This document shows, one piece after another, positions 39,281-48,921 of a stretch of 64,000 nt of DNA (the first letter of the stretch is position 1; every line of letters begins with the position of its first letter). The DNA lies in assembly GCA_964291395.2 (NCBI GenBank), contig OZ219856.1, forward strand, positions 928,001 to 992,000, in the 5' to 3' direction. Position numbers and translations under genes: made by a program. Source of the DNA: Alphaproteobacteria bacterium (GTDB taxonomy: Bacteria; Pseudomonadota; Alphaproteobacteria; UBA2966). Below the pieces are notes generated by a model. It saw only the letters and a list, made by a program, of their open reading frames with translations, was not told the DNA's origin and ran no database searches.

Positions 39281-40180
39281 TTAGTGAGCCATTAGAACCG
39301 GTAGCGTCGCTTCCTTGAGGATATGGCTGGTCCCGCCACCAAATATGAACTGGCTCAGCCGGCTGTGTGTGTAGGCACTCTTGATGAGCAGGTCGGCGCC
39401 GACTTTGGGAGCGGTTCTCAAAATGGCCTCGCCGACCGAACGTTTTCCCCGTTCGACTTCCATGTGGCTCGCCTCAATCCCATTGCGTCGCAGATGGTGT
39501 AGCGCCTCGGCACCAGACGGTCCCGCAACTGTGCCCTCCTCCACCGTGATCAGGACGACCTTGTCTGCCGTCTTCAAGAACGGTAATGCAAAAGCTGTTG
39601 TCCGCGCGGCCTCCAGGCTGCAATTCCAGGCAATCAAGATCGTCTTCCCCAATGTCTCTGGCGGGGTCGAGGGAGAAACCAGGATTGGACGACCGCTCTC
39701 AAAGAGTACCGACTGAAGCAGATGTGACTCCGGATAGACATCGATCAAACGATCACCCTTGAAAGGCATGGTGGGAAGCGTATGGGTGTAGTTCTCGACG
39801 ACAGTCATGTCGAATATTCGGGCACGTTCACCAACGGCCTTTACTCCCGCCGCCTCTTGTTCGGCCCATCCGGCCGTTGGCTGACCGGTCACAATTGTCC
39901 CGTCGCTCCACCGAACGTTACGCTCTTCCATGAATGCTCCAAAGACTTCTCGCGCATTCTTGGCGCTTTCGAGTTCTTCATTCCATAACTCTTCGATCAT
40001 AGACGGCGTTAGTTTACCCTCTCCCCTCCCGCGTTGGATCATCTCGGACAGAGGGTGGCTTATGTGAACCCCTTCGATGTATGAGCCAAATTGGCGCGCG
40101 ACGATGAGTGCGGTTTCCAACAGCGTCTGCGCGTTCTCAACTTGTTCGATGGGGACGAGAATCGTTTTCACCGTACTCAC
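39281..40180 (-). CDS. Universal stress protein (tandem UspA)
   Basis: ILIAWNCSLEAAR, ADLLIKSAYTHSRL...GGGTSHIL...PVLMAH. Confidence 0.9.
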   Translation of the reverse strand: MSTVKTILVPIEQVENAQTLLETALIVARQFGSYIEGVHISHPLSEMIQRGRGEGKLTPSMIEELWNEELESAKNAREVFGAFMEERNVRWSDGTIVTGQPTAGWAEQEAAGVKAVGERARIFDMTVVENYTHTLPTMPFKGDRLIDVYPESHLLQSVLFESGRPILVSPSTPPETLGKTILIAWNCSLEAARTTAFALPFLKTADKVVLITVEEGTVAGPSGAEALHHLRRNGIEASHMEVERGKRSVGEAILRTAPKVGADLLIKSAYTHSRLSQFIFGGGTSHILKEATLPVLMAH

Positions 40181-40413
40181 ACCTTTCGAATTGGTTGATA
40201 TCGAAATATATGGTGCGCTCGCCCGGCAAAATGTTCAACAGACTGCCTAACCTTCCCGGCAAATTGCCGGGCGGACGCGTTTCTGCGATCCCCAATTTAC
40301 TTTGATGACGATGCCGGCTGGCAGAAATTTCTTAGCGAAGTCAGGTATTTTGTTTGGCAGCGTGCGTGAACGAATAGATGGCGGAGGTCTAGCATGTCTC
40401 CTTCTGGCTATGA

Positions 40414-40629
40414 ACCGGCACCGATACCGTCTATTGGGATGGCGAGCTCACCGGCTTCGGGCGTCGGGTGCGCCGGTCCGGGCGGAAGGTCTATGTCGTG
40501 CAGAATCAGGCCAACCGAACCCTCGGGGTGCTCTCCAAGATGTTCTCCATGTCGGAGATATGGGGCTGGCGGCAGGACGGCTCCAACCCATGCCGGCACG
40601 TGAAGCGCTACAAGGAGCACCAGCGCGAC
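40414..40629 (+). pseudogene. Arm-binding-domain integrase remnant, internally deleted and cut by IS end
   Basis: VYWDGELTGFG.RVRRSGRKVYVVQ joined directly to QANRTLGVLSKMF...GSNPCRHVKRYKE. Confidence 0.8.
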
Positions 40630-40703
40630 TGACCGGCCCCCACTGAGTGGTCCGGTTTGAATGTTAGTGCATTGATGGTTTTTCGGCCAAGCTGGGTGAC
40701 CGG
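40630..40703 (-). mobile_element. Orphan IS3 right end, inverted
   Basis: TGACCGGCCCCCACTGAGTGGTCC... is the reverse complement of the IS right end. Confidence 0.88.
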
Positions 40704-40884
40704 CGGATGACCGCTGCGGCCCGTGCCATGGACATTCCTCTCTTCGAACTGGAAGGGCATTGAGCCGCACGGTTCCGCCAAGGCCGAGTCGTTGTCGGAA
40801 AGGTGGCGTCGGGCTCGGGGTGCGGCCAGGTGCATGATCGGGTGTCGATCCGGCAACCCGGGGCCCGGAAGAGTCCTTTACCCG

Positions 40885-42348
40885 CTACCTCACGATGACA
40901 AGCTCCTCCCCGGGTACCGGCGTGTTGTTCGCCGCCCCTCTGGCGATGACGGCCTCGCGTCCGCCATGCTGTTCGATAAGCCGTGCCTGATCGGAGAGCG
41001 CCCTTTCGTTGATCTCTTCCGGATCGATCATCTTCAGGAGGTCTTCCTTCAAGCCGTTCAACGTTCCGGAATGGCTTGGATCGGCCGCGACGTTGTGCAG
41101 TTCTTCGGGATCGGCCCCCATGTCGTAGAGTTCCGAATCGTACCCGCCGGCATAGTGCAAGTACTTGTAGCGATCGGTACGAAGCATGTAGACGCCGGAA
41201 ATCGCGCCGGCAGCGTGGTACTCGCCGAACACGATCCGGTCGGTGTCATCCGGTGCGGCAGCGATCCGCATCAGCGATCGACCGGGCAGTTCTTCATCGC
41301 TTGATCCCTTGGGCACTCCGGCTCCGTCGAGGATCGTCGGGTAGATGTCCACCAGCGACACCAGCGTCTCACATGCCCGTCCCTCGGGAACGTCGGGCCC
41401 CGCCATGATCATCGGGACGCCGGCCGACTCGTCATGCATGGTGGATTTGCCCCATATGCGTCGGGCGCCCATGTTGTCGCCGTGGTCGCTCGTATAGATG
41501 ACCCGCGTGTTTCCGCTCAGACCCGATTCATCCAACGCGTCCAACACCCGTCCCACGTTGTCGTCCATGAAGCTGCACAGGCCCAGGTAGGACGCCAGGA
41601 TTGTCTTTCGATGTTCGTCATCTCGGATGAAATGCTCGTAGATGAAGCAGTCGTTGAAACCTTTCCACCAGGGGTGAGTCGCGAACAGTTCTTCATCCGC
41701 CGGTTTGAATTCGGGCAGGCTATCGAGCGGGTACATGTCGTAGAATTTTTGTGGCGCCACGATCGGGAAATGCGGACAGATCATCGAAACGAACAACACC
41801 CAGGGCTTCTCGGCCGGGGCCTTTGCCCGGTCCCGAATCCAAGCGCAGGCACGGCCGGTTATATCGCGGTCGTACGCCGAATATCTGGTTTCTCCGGGTC
41901 CCACTTCTTCCACGTACTGTCTGGCTTGATAACGAACCGGGAGGTCGGGACGGATTGATCCGTGAAGGTCGCCGACACCCACCATGATGTGCATGGGAAT
42001 GATCTGCTCGTCGAACCCCGTGTCATCCCGTTCCGAGCGATAGTGAAGCTTGCCGATGGAAACGACGGGGTTGCCGGCCTCCTGGAGGCGATGGCCCCAA
42101 CTTCGTTGGCGCCCGTCATAGGCGATGGCGTTATCCCAACAGCGGTGGTCGTGCACGTACCGTCCGGTCGCAAAACTCGCTCTTGCCGGCACACAGAGCG
42201 GCGAATTCGTGTAGGCGCGGTCGAACCTGGTACCCCTGCTGGCCAGCGCGTCCAAATTCGGCGTTTTCACACACTCGTGCCCGAAACTTCCCAGCATCTT
42301 GGGATTGTGTTGATCGGCCATGATGATGAGCATGTTCGTCGGTGGCAT
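40885..42348 (-). CDS. Sulfatase (choline-sulfatase-like)
   Basis: ADQH, LCVPARASFATG, GKLH, SDHGD, WGKSTM. Confidence 0.93.
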   Translation of the reverse strand: MPPTNMLIIMADQHNPKMLGSFGHECVKTPNLDALASRGTRFDRAYTNSPLCVPARASFATGRYVHDHRCWDNAIAYDGRQRSWGHRLQEAGNPVVSIGKLHYRSERDDTGFDEQIIPMHIMVGVGDLHGSIRPDLPVRYQARQYVEEVGPGETRYSAYDRDITGRACAWIRDRAKAPAEKPWVLFVSMICPHFPIVAPQKFYDMYPLDSLPEFKPADEELFATHPWWKGFNDCFIYEHFIRDDEHRKTILASYLGLCSFMDDNVGRVLDALDESGLSGNTRVIYTSDHGDNMGARRIWGKSTMHDESAGVPMIMAGPDVPEGRACETLVSLVDIYPTILDGAGVPKGSSDEELPGRSLMRIAAAPDDTDRIVFGEYHAAGAISGVYMLRTDRYKYLHYAGGYDSELYDMGADPEELHNVAADPSHSGTLNGLKEDLLKMIDPEEINERALSDQARLIEQHGGREAVIARGAANNTPVPGEELVIVR

Positions 42349-42475
42349 GAACGCCCTCCTGCCGGGCCAACCCTCGGATAAATCTTTGTAAACCCCGCCC
42401 GGTCGACCATTATGACTGTCGCAAGGTATTCCGTTGGGCATGCAGCCCCGGAACGTTCCCATAGGTAGATCACTC

Positions 42476-43534
42476 ATGTCCTCACAACAAGGCGCAGGAA
42501 AGCGGGATATTCTGATTGTCGGCAGTGTGCCGCTGCCTGCCGTGGAGGATGTCTTCCGAACCATCGCCACGGCCCTCGGCACGCGTGTAAAGCGCCTGCC
42601 GGATGGTGAAGTGGGCGATCGCGGCGGTTGGATTCAATGGCAAGTGCACGCGGTCCAGAACCACCCTCAGCTCGTCGTCGATGAAACCGACCGCCGGGCC
42701 GATTGGCAAAGGGCGAGAGGCGAATACGTGAGCACGCGCACCGCCACCAGCTATCGCGTCGCCGATCACGTCGATCCCGCTGACCTTTCCTTCGAGAACC
42801 TCGGGTACGCCGACGCGGCGTTGGAGAGTTACGAGATCTTCCGGCGTCTCAAATCGCAGGGAGTCGTGCCGAAGGACACGCGATTTCAGGTCTCGCTACC
42901 GACGCCTGTGGCCTTTCTCGAACACCTCATTGCACGGCAGTGCCAGGCGGACGTCGAAGGTCCCTACGAAGCCCGTATGCTGACCGAGCTGGCCGAGATC
43001 GCAGCGCACATCCCCCATCACGAACTCGCCGTTCAGTGGGACGTCGCCAAGGATATGGGGATCTGGGAAGGCGTCTGGTCGATCTTCTTCGAGGACGTGA
43101 AGAGCGGCATCACCGAGCGCTTGGTGCGCATTGGCGACGCCGTCCCGGAGGGCGTGGAACTCGGCTATCACCTGTGTTACGGCGATTTGAACCACGTGCA
43201 CTGGAAGGAGCCCGAGGACACGGCGAACCTCGTCGCCGTCGCCAACGGCATCGCCGCCGGAATCGGCCGCTCCGTGCAGTGGCTTCATATGCCGGTGCCG
43301 CGCAGCCGTTCGGATGACGCCTATTTCGCGCCTCTCGACGCGCTGGCGTTGAGGCCCGAAACCCGGCTGTTCCTCGGACTCATACACCACACGGACGGCG
43401 TGGAGGGGACGCGCCGGCGGATGGCGACGGCGGAGAAGTTCGTCTCCGACTTCGGCATCGCCACCGAATGCGGTATGGGCCGCCGTCCGCCGGAGACCTT
43501 TCCCGAACTTCTCCGCATTCACACGGAGGTTTAG
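42476..43534 (+). CDS. UROD/MetE-like (cobalamin-independent methionine synthase fold) protein
   Basis: VGSVP, PDGE, FQVSLPTP, HLCYGD, TECGMG. Confidence 0.75.
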   Translation: MSSQQGAGKRDILIVGSVPLPAVEDVFRTIATALGTRVKRLPDGEVGDRGGWIQWQVHAVQNHPQLVVDETDRRADWQRARGEYVSTRTATSYRVADHVDPADLSFENLGYADAALESYEIFRRLKSQGVVPKDTRFQVSLPTPVAFLEHLIARQCQADVEGPYEARMLTELAEIAAHIPHHELAVQWDVAKDMGIWEGVWSIFFEDVKSGITERLVRIGDAVPEGVELGYHLCYGDLNHVHWKEPEDTANLVAVANGIAAGIGRSVQWLHMPVPRSRSDDAYFAPLDALALRPETRLFLGLIHHTDGVEGTRRRMATAEKFVSDFGIATECGMGRRPPETFPELLRIHTEV

Positions 43535-43602
43535 CCGGTCCGGCAGGCGTTCCGCGACCGCTACCCGGGGCCGCCGCCGGCCACGGCGTCCCTGGTTCTC
43601 CG

Positions 43603-44376
43603 TCAGTGCCGCCGGAACCGTGACAACCAGGGCATTTGCAGCGTGACGGCGTCGTAGAGCAACTGGCTGCCGGAACCCAGGAGGCCGAGCGTGATGATGC
43701 CGACGACCATGAGCGACGTCTGCAGGTTGAGTCGCGAATCCATGATGAGGAATCCCACACCCTTGTCGACGGCGATGAACTCGGCGGAGACCAGCGCGAT
43801 ATAGGCGAATCCGATCCCGCTGCGCATTCCCAGGAGAACGAAGGACGCGGCCGACGGCAGGATGACGCGGTAGAAAACCTGAAGCTGGGACAGCCCGAGG
43901 CAGCGCGCCGCTCGCAATCGCACGTTCGGGACCTCCCGGACGCCCGTCATCGTACTGACGGTGACCACCACCCACGTGATGTATGCGATGATCAGCAGCT
44001 TGGGCAGCTCGCCGATGCCGAACCAGAGGATCATGATGGGAACGAGCGAGATCGGCGCCACGCCCTTCAGGAACTCGAAGATCGGACCGACCACCGATTC
44101 GACGCCGCGGAGCTCGCCGAGGATCAAGCCGGTGATGATTCCGGCCCCGACGCCGAGGATCCAGCCCCAGCCGACCCGCCACAAGCTGACCCGGATCGAC
44201 TCCCATAGGAGGCCCGATTCCGACTTCTCGACGGCCGCCTCCCACACCGAGAAGGGGTGTGGAAGAAGAGTCTCGGAGACCAACGTGCCGCTGGCGACAC
44301 CCCAGACGGTAATTCCCGTCAGAACCGACAGGGCGGCGACGAGGATGGTTCGATGAAGGCCGTGCCCGGGCATCAT
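43603..44376 (-). CDS. ABC transporter permease (SsuC/TauC type)
   Basis: ILWFGIGE, EAA-like AARCLG, LVSAEF. Confidence 0.92.
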   Translation of the reverse strand: MMPGHGLHRTILVAALSVLTGITVWGVASGTLVSETLLPHPFSVWEAAVEKSESGLLWESIRVSLWRVGWGWILGVGAGIITGLILGELRGVESVVGPIFEFLKGVAPISLVPIMILWFGIGELPKLLIIAYITWVVVTVSTMTGVREVPNVRLRAARCLGLSQLQVFYRVILPSAASFVLLGMRSGIGFAYIALVSAEFIAVDKGVGFLIMDSRLNLQTSLMVVGIITLGLLGSGSQLLYDAVTLQMPWLSRFRRH

Positions 44377-44383
44377 GGCGTCC

Positions 44384-45145
44384 TCAGACCCGCCGCTTCA
44401 CCGACCAGCGAGGCATTAAGCGCTCGATCGTCAATTCGATGCCGCGGTCCAGGACGATGCTGAGGATGCCCAACCCGAATATGCCGATGAAGATCAGCGT
44501 GGGGTCGTAGTTCTGGCGGCCGAGGATGATGAGGTAGCCGAACCCGTTCGCCGCGCCCAGCATCTCCGCGGCGACCACGACCATCACTCCGAGCCCTGTC
44601 GCGGTCCGGACGCCCGCCAGGATGGCGGGGAATGACGACGGAATCACGACCCGGAAGAACGCCGAGACCCCCAGGACACCAAGTGTGTTTGCCGCCTTGA
44701 TACGCAGGTAAGGAACTTGCGCGACGCCCTGCCTTGCGCTCAGCGCGAGCACGTACACGGCGAGGTAGAAGACCAGCGAATAGCGGGCGAGTTCCGTTAC
44801 CCCGAACCAGAGCAGGGCGAACGGGATAAGGGCGATCGCCGGCGTGGAGTTCGCCATGCGCAGGTAGGGATCGAACCACGCGTTGACGTCGCGTGAGGCG
44901 CCCATGGCGCAGCCCAGTACGGCGCCAACCGGTATTCCCACCCCCAGTCCGACCAGGAGACGTTGAAGCGTCGCCCCGAGATGTACGTAGATCTCGCCCG
45001 TTTCGGACATACGGGCGAGGCCCCGCATGACGTCCATCGGCTCCGGGAACAGCAACGGTGTCCCGATGAATGACGCCGCGACCTGCCACAGGATGAAGAA
45101 CAGCAGGATGCCGTAGAGCGGGCCGAACCTGCCGGCTTGAGTCAC
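44384..45145 (-). CDS. ABC transporter permease (SsuC/TauC type)
   Basis: LLWFG, AANTLG, VVAAEM. Confidence 0.92.
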   Translation of the reverse strand: MTQAGRFGPLYGILLFFILWQVAASFIGTPLLFPEPMDVMRGLARMSETGEIYVHLGATLQRLLVGLGVGIPVGAVLGCAMGASRDVNAWFDPYLRMANSTPAIALIPFALLWFGVTELARYSLVFYLAVYVLALSARQGVAQVPYLRIKAANTLGVLGVSAFFRVVIPSSFPAILAGVRTATGLGVMVVVAAEMLGAANGFGYLIILGRQNYDPTLIFIGIFGLGILSIVLDRGIELTIERLMPRWSVKRRV

Positions 45146-45936
45146 TGTGCCGTCTCCGCTCTTACGTCACCCGCGTCATGCACGTGCCCGATCAGCGATT
45201 CGATGTGGCGGTACGCAGCGATGAACTCCGCATCCGCGGGGTCGCGCTCGTCGGGCAACTCCGGGCGGAACGTGTCGAGGATACGGGCTTCCGGGCCCGA
45301 CGAGAGCACCGTCACGTCCGTGGCCAGGATCAGGGCTTCCGTGATGTCGTGGGTCACGAAGATGACGGTCTTGTGCGTGCGCTCCCACAGGTCCTTCAAT
45401 TCGTATTGCATGCGCCGGCGGGTGATGGCGTCGAGCGCCGCGAAGGGCTCGTCCATGATCAGCACGTGCGGGTCCATGACCAGGCCGCGTGCGATCTGGG
45501 CCCGTTGCTTCATGCCTCCCGACAACTCGGAGGGAAATTTGTGGGTGTCGTTGCCAAGGCCGACGAGTTCCAGGGCCTCCATCGCCTGGGTGCGGCGTTC
45601 GTTCTTGTTGCGCACGAAGTTCTTCAGCCCGAACTCGGCGTTCTCCAGGACGGTCAGCCAGGGGAAAAGCGCATTGCCGATGTCCTGGAAGATGACCACC
45701 CGGTCCGGGCCCGGACCGTGAATTGGGGAGTCGTCGAAGGCGATACGGCCGTCCGTCGGCGGTTCGAACCCGGCGATCAGATCGACCAGCGTGCTCTTCC
45801 CCGAGCCGCTTGGCCCGAGGATACACATGAAGGCACCCCGATCGACCGTCAGGTCGATGTCCGAAAGGACGACCGGGCCGCGCGAGAACTGCTTGTACAG
45901 TCCCGTGACCTTCAGCCGTTTCCAGTCGTTCTCCAT
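45142..45936 (-). CDS. ABC transporter ATP-binding protein (SsuB/TauB type)
   Basis: GPSGSGKST, LSGGMKQR, MDEPFAALD, VTHD. Confidence 0.96.
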   Translation of the reverse strand: MENDWKRLKVTGLYKQFSRGPVVLSDIDLTVDRGAFMCILGPSGSGKSTLVDLIAGFEPPTDGRIAFDDSPIHGPGPDRVVIFQDIGNALFPWLTVLENAEFGLKNFVRNKNERRTQAMEALELVGLGNDTHKFPSELSGGMKQRAQIARGLVMDPHVLIMDEPFAALDAITRRRMQYELKDLWERTHKTVIFVTHDITEALILATDVTVLSSGPEARILDTFRPELPDERDPADAEFIAAYRHIESLIGHVHDAGDVRAETAQ

Positions 45937-45946
45937 GGGACAGGTT

Positions 45947-45976
45947 CGACCCGCCGCCGCGACCGGCGGCGGGTCG
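45947..45976. other. Intercistronic stem-loop after the substrate-binding gene
   Basis: CGACCCGCCGCCG-CGAC-CGGCGGCGGGTCG, perfect 13-bp stem. Confidence 0.7.
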
Positions 45977-45992
45977 TCACCGTGCCGCTGAC

Positions 45993-46955
45993 CTACATGC
46001 CCCTTACGAGGGTCGGGTCAAGCTTCTTGATATGCGACCAGTCGGTTGCCGTATCCCAGTCGACAGGACCCTTCAGAATGCCGAGCTTCATCAGGAACTG
46101 CTCGATATTGCGCAACTGGGTGCGGAAGGCCTCGTCGCTCACCAGGTCCCACTTCTGGCCCCTCACGGTGTGCTCGACCTCGTTCGGCGGCAGCTTGGTG
46201 AATTCCGCGATCGCGTCTATTCCCTCTTTCGGGCTGTTGGTCAGCAGATCGGAGCCCTTCTTGACGGCCCGCATGAACGCTTCCATCTCGTCGGAGGGTG
46301 CCGACTCGAGATACTTCCGCGACGCCAGCATGCCGCAGTAAAGCGAATAACCCATGTCGCCGGTGGCGGCGAGGATCTTGAACTTGTCGCTGAGGCCGTG
46401 GATCTTCAGGTCGAAGGGCTTCCACAACGAGATGGCGAAGACGTCCCCTTTGACCAATGCCGGGACCTGATCGAACGGCGCCAGGTGGACCATCTCGACG
46501 TCATCCACAGAGAGCCCGCCCGACTGCATATACTTGTCCAGCATGAACTCGGACGCGGACTTGCGAAACAAACCGATCTTCTTGCCTTTGAAGTCGGCCG
46601 GTCCCGTCACGTCCTTGGGGCCCATCACGAAGACCATGTGATTGTTGTCGGAGAACTGCGTGACGATCACGGCGTCACCGCCGGCGGCCATCATGATCAT
46701 GGGCTGGTCGCAGGTGACGAGGAACTGCGCGCCACCCGAGCGGAAAGCCTCCGAGGCGGCGGCACCGGCCTGGAATGTCTTTACCGTGACGTCGAGCCCT
46801 TCTTCCTCGAAGTACCCTTTGACGTAGGCCACGAACGGCGGCGCGAACACCGGGCTGACACCCGAGAAAATATTGATCTTGGTAGCTGCCGATGACGAAA
46901 CCGCGGCAAGCGCCATGCCCGCCGCCGCAATCAATGCGAGTGCAAAACGGTTCAT
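45993..46955 (-). CDS. ABC substrate-binding protein (SsuA/TauA/NMT1 type)
   Basis: Signal peptide, KGYFEEEGLDV, DFKGKKIG. Confidence 0.9.
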   Translation of the reverse strand: MNRFALALIAAAGMALAAVSSSAATKINIFSGVSPVFAPPFVAYVKGYFEEEGLDVTVKTFQAGAAASEAFRSGGAQFLVTCDQPMIMMAAGGDAVIVTQFSDNNHMVFVMGPKDVTGPADFKGKKIGLFRKSASEFMLDKYMQSGGLSVDDVEMVHLAPFDQVPALVKGDVFAISLWKPFDLKIHGLSDKFKILAATGDMGYSLYCGMLASRKYLESAPSDEMEAFMRAVKKGSDLLTNSPKEGIDAIAEFTKLPPNEVEHTVRGQKWDLVSDEAFRTQLRNIEQFLMKLGILKGPVDWDTATDWSHIKKLDPTLVRGM

Positions 46956-47160
46956 TGTTGGCTTCCTCCCGTCGCTGAATCTTGAGACCAATCGAGACAA
47001 CGCGGTCCTGTCGGCCCGAAGGCCGGGCCCATCAGCGCTCTGCGCACCGAGTCGCTTGGAGCCGGCCTTGGAATCTATGTCAATACTCTTCGCATCACAA
47101 CGCAGCGCATGGTGGGTGGCCGCACCGCGCATCCGGGACGCTCGGTTGCTCGGGCGACGC

Positions 47161-47520
47161 TCAGGTAACAGCGCTCGCCGTGGCGCTGCCGATCGAGGCG
47201 CGTTGCGATCGGTTCATCTGGCACCGGTCAGCCAATTGCTGTGCGTCGGGTGCGTCGTGATGACGCTTGCGGAAAGCGGTGATGTTGTCTTGCAGTGGCC
47301 GATAGTAGTTTTCCCACCATGCGGACGCGGGGAGCGGAAAGTGCCGTACTGCCTCGTAGCCGCACGCCTCCACGGCTTCCAGGAGAGCCGAGGTGCCGCG
47401 GATAGCCGGGCACTCCCGGTTCCAGAACGCTGCGCATGCGGCGGGCGGCTCAGACTTCCGCCAGCACACCTCAGTCAGGGCGACATGACCATTGGGTCGC
47501 AGCAAGCGGCGCCAAGCCTC
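47161..47520 (-). pseudogene. Class I SAM methyltransferase C-terminal remnant
   Basis: WRRLLRPNGHVALTEVCW...LPASAWWENYYRPL; no N-terminus. Confidence 0.65.
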
Positions 47521-47532
47521 GCGCGGTTCGGG

Positions 47533-48039
47533 TCAGACCACCGGTTCCAGCGGGTCGCGGTGGACCGTGGTCATGTCCTGACCCTCGATCCGCAACAGAC
47601 GGCTCAGCCCCTCGCACTGCGGCGAGTGGATATCGCCTTCGTTGTAGACCTTGGCATCGCCCGGACCGAGCGTGTAGGTCCGCTCCACCTCAACCTTTCC
47701 GGGTTCGCCGTCCGACGGTTCCCGCAGGAGCCGCCAGTCCGTCATCTCCGTGCTCCCTGCCGCCTGACCGTAGATGGCCCAGGCCGGCCCGTGATGGTGA
47801 GGATTCCCGTCGATCCCTTCCGGGTAGGTGTGCGCGACGATGCAGAAACCGAGTTCCTCATCCCGATAAAGGACATTGCGTTCGGAGTCCCGGCCGATCC
47901 CGAAAAGCGCGCGCAGGAACTCGCCGTCCGCCAGGACACGTTCCAGCATCCCGCGGATCTTCTCGCGGCCCTCCGGTCCGGGTTCCGCAGTCAGCGCGGC
48001 CTTGCAGTCGGCGGCAAGCGATTCGAGCGTGTACGGCAT
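47533..48039 (-). CDS. Cupin-fold protein (cysteine dioxygenase-like)
   Basis: PHHHGPAWAIYG...GDIHS; RBS AGGAGG. Confidence 0.75.
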   Translation of the reverse strand: MPYTLESLAADCKAALTAEPGPEGREKIRGMLERVLADGEFLRALFGIGRDSERNVLYRDEELGFCIVAHTYPEGIDGNPHHHGPAWAIYGQAAGSTEMTDWRLLREPSDGEPGKVEVERTYTLGPGDAKVYNEGDIHSPQCEGLSRLLRIEGQDMTTVHRDPLEPVV

Positions 48040-48156
48040 CGGTTTCCTCCTTCGTCCTCCAGTAATGCTACCGCCAATCCACCTGACTGCCATGCCGTGA
48101 AGGACGCAGGCCAAGGAGAGTCACGGCACGGGCGGCCGAGGCCACGCGGACGAGCC

Positions 48157-48591
48157 TCAAACCGACGCCGTGTGCGGCAGCTGCCGCATGGCTGCGTCGA
48201 ACGTGTATACGCCCGTCGACGCCTCGCCTGCGTCCGACGCGGTTCGCTGCGCCTTGAACACGATCAACGCGTCAGCGAAACCGGCGCCCTTCGTCGACCC
48301 GGCGACGCCCTCTGCCGTCGTTCCCTTGTACGCCTGCAAAGCATGCCAGACGACCTGGTCGTCCTCGAAACGGACATTCGGCTCGCTGAACAGCCGTTCG
48401 AGGACCGCCACCAGGTCGGCCTTTGCCAGCCGGTACTTTCGGCCGCAAAGAGTCCACACGGTTTCCGCCAGAACGACATCCGTGATCAGCACGGGCTCGG
48501 CGGCATCGAAGAGGTCATCCGCGCGCGTCGCCCGGGCCTCGTCGTCGTGCAGCACATACCGCAGCAGGACGTTGGTGTCGGCGGCGATCAA
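48157..48591 (-). CDS. vapC: VapC PIN-domain toxin
   Basis: DTNVLLRY, VLAETVW, GFADALI, TFD. Confidence 0.9.
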   Translation of the reverse strand: MIAADTNVLLRYVLHDDEARATRADDLFDAAEPVLITDVVLAETVWTLCGRKYRLAKADLVAVLERLFSEPNVRFEDDQVVWHALQAYKGTTAEGVAGSTKGAGFADALIVFKAQRTASDAGEASTGVYTFDAAMRQLPHTASV

Positions 48592-48815
48592 GATTGCGGC
48601 TCGTCCAGGGCGCTCTCCAGGGACTCCTCGTCCGTGACGCCGGCATCCCCGGGCACGTGAGCAAGAAACCCCCTGGCCGCACCGGCGGTCTTCCGCACGA
48701 TGGTGATGCGTCCGTCGGCGACGAAGCTGCGGACCTCGTCCCCCGGGCCGATCCCGACCTCTTTACACTGATCTACAGGGAGCGTGATCTGGCGCTTGGC
48801 GCTCACTCGCGGCAT
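48588..48815 (-). CDS. AbrB/MazE/SpoVT antitoxin
   Basis: VSAKRQITLP...GIGPGDEV; inverted repeat TCTTTAC/GTAAAGA upstream (48861-48887). Confidence 0.9.
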   Translation of the reverse strand: MPRVSAKRQITLPVDQCKEVGIGPGDEVRSFVADGRITIVRKTAGAARGFLAHVPGDAGVTDEESLESALDEPQS

Positions 48816-48921
48816 GGGACATCCCCCGGCAAGGACCGATTGCGAAAGACAATAGCAAATTCTTTACTAATGGCTCACAGGTAAAGAGATTAGCGGCAGG
48901 TCCGCGCCCGGCTGAAGGGCG

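Noticed and set aside
40220-40360. Repeated CCGGCAAA motifs as integrase arm sites
   Set aside because: Plausible next to the integrase remnant but short and GC-rich; no core site identified
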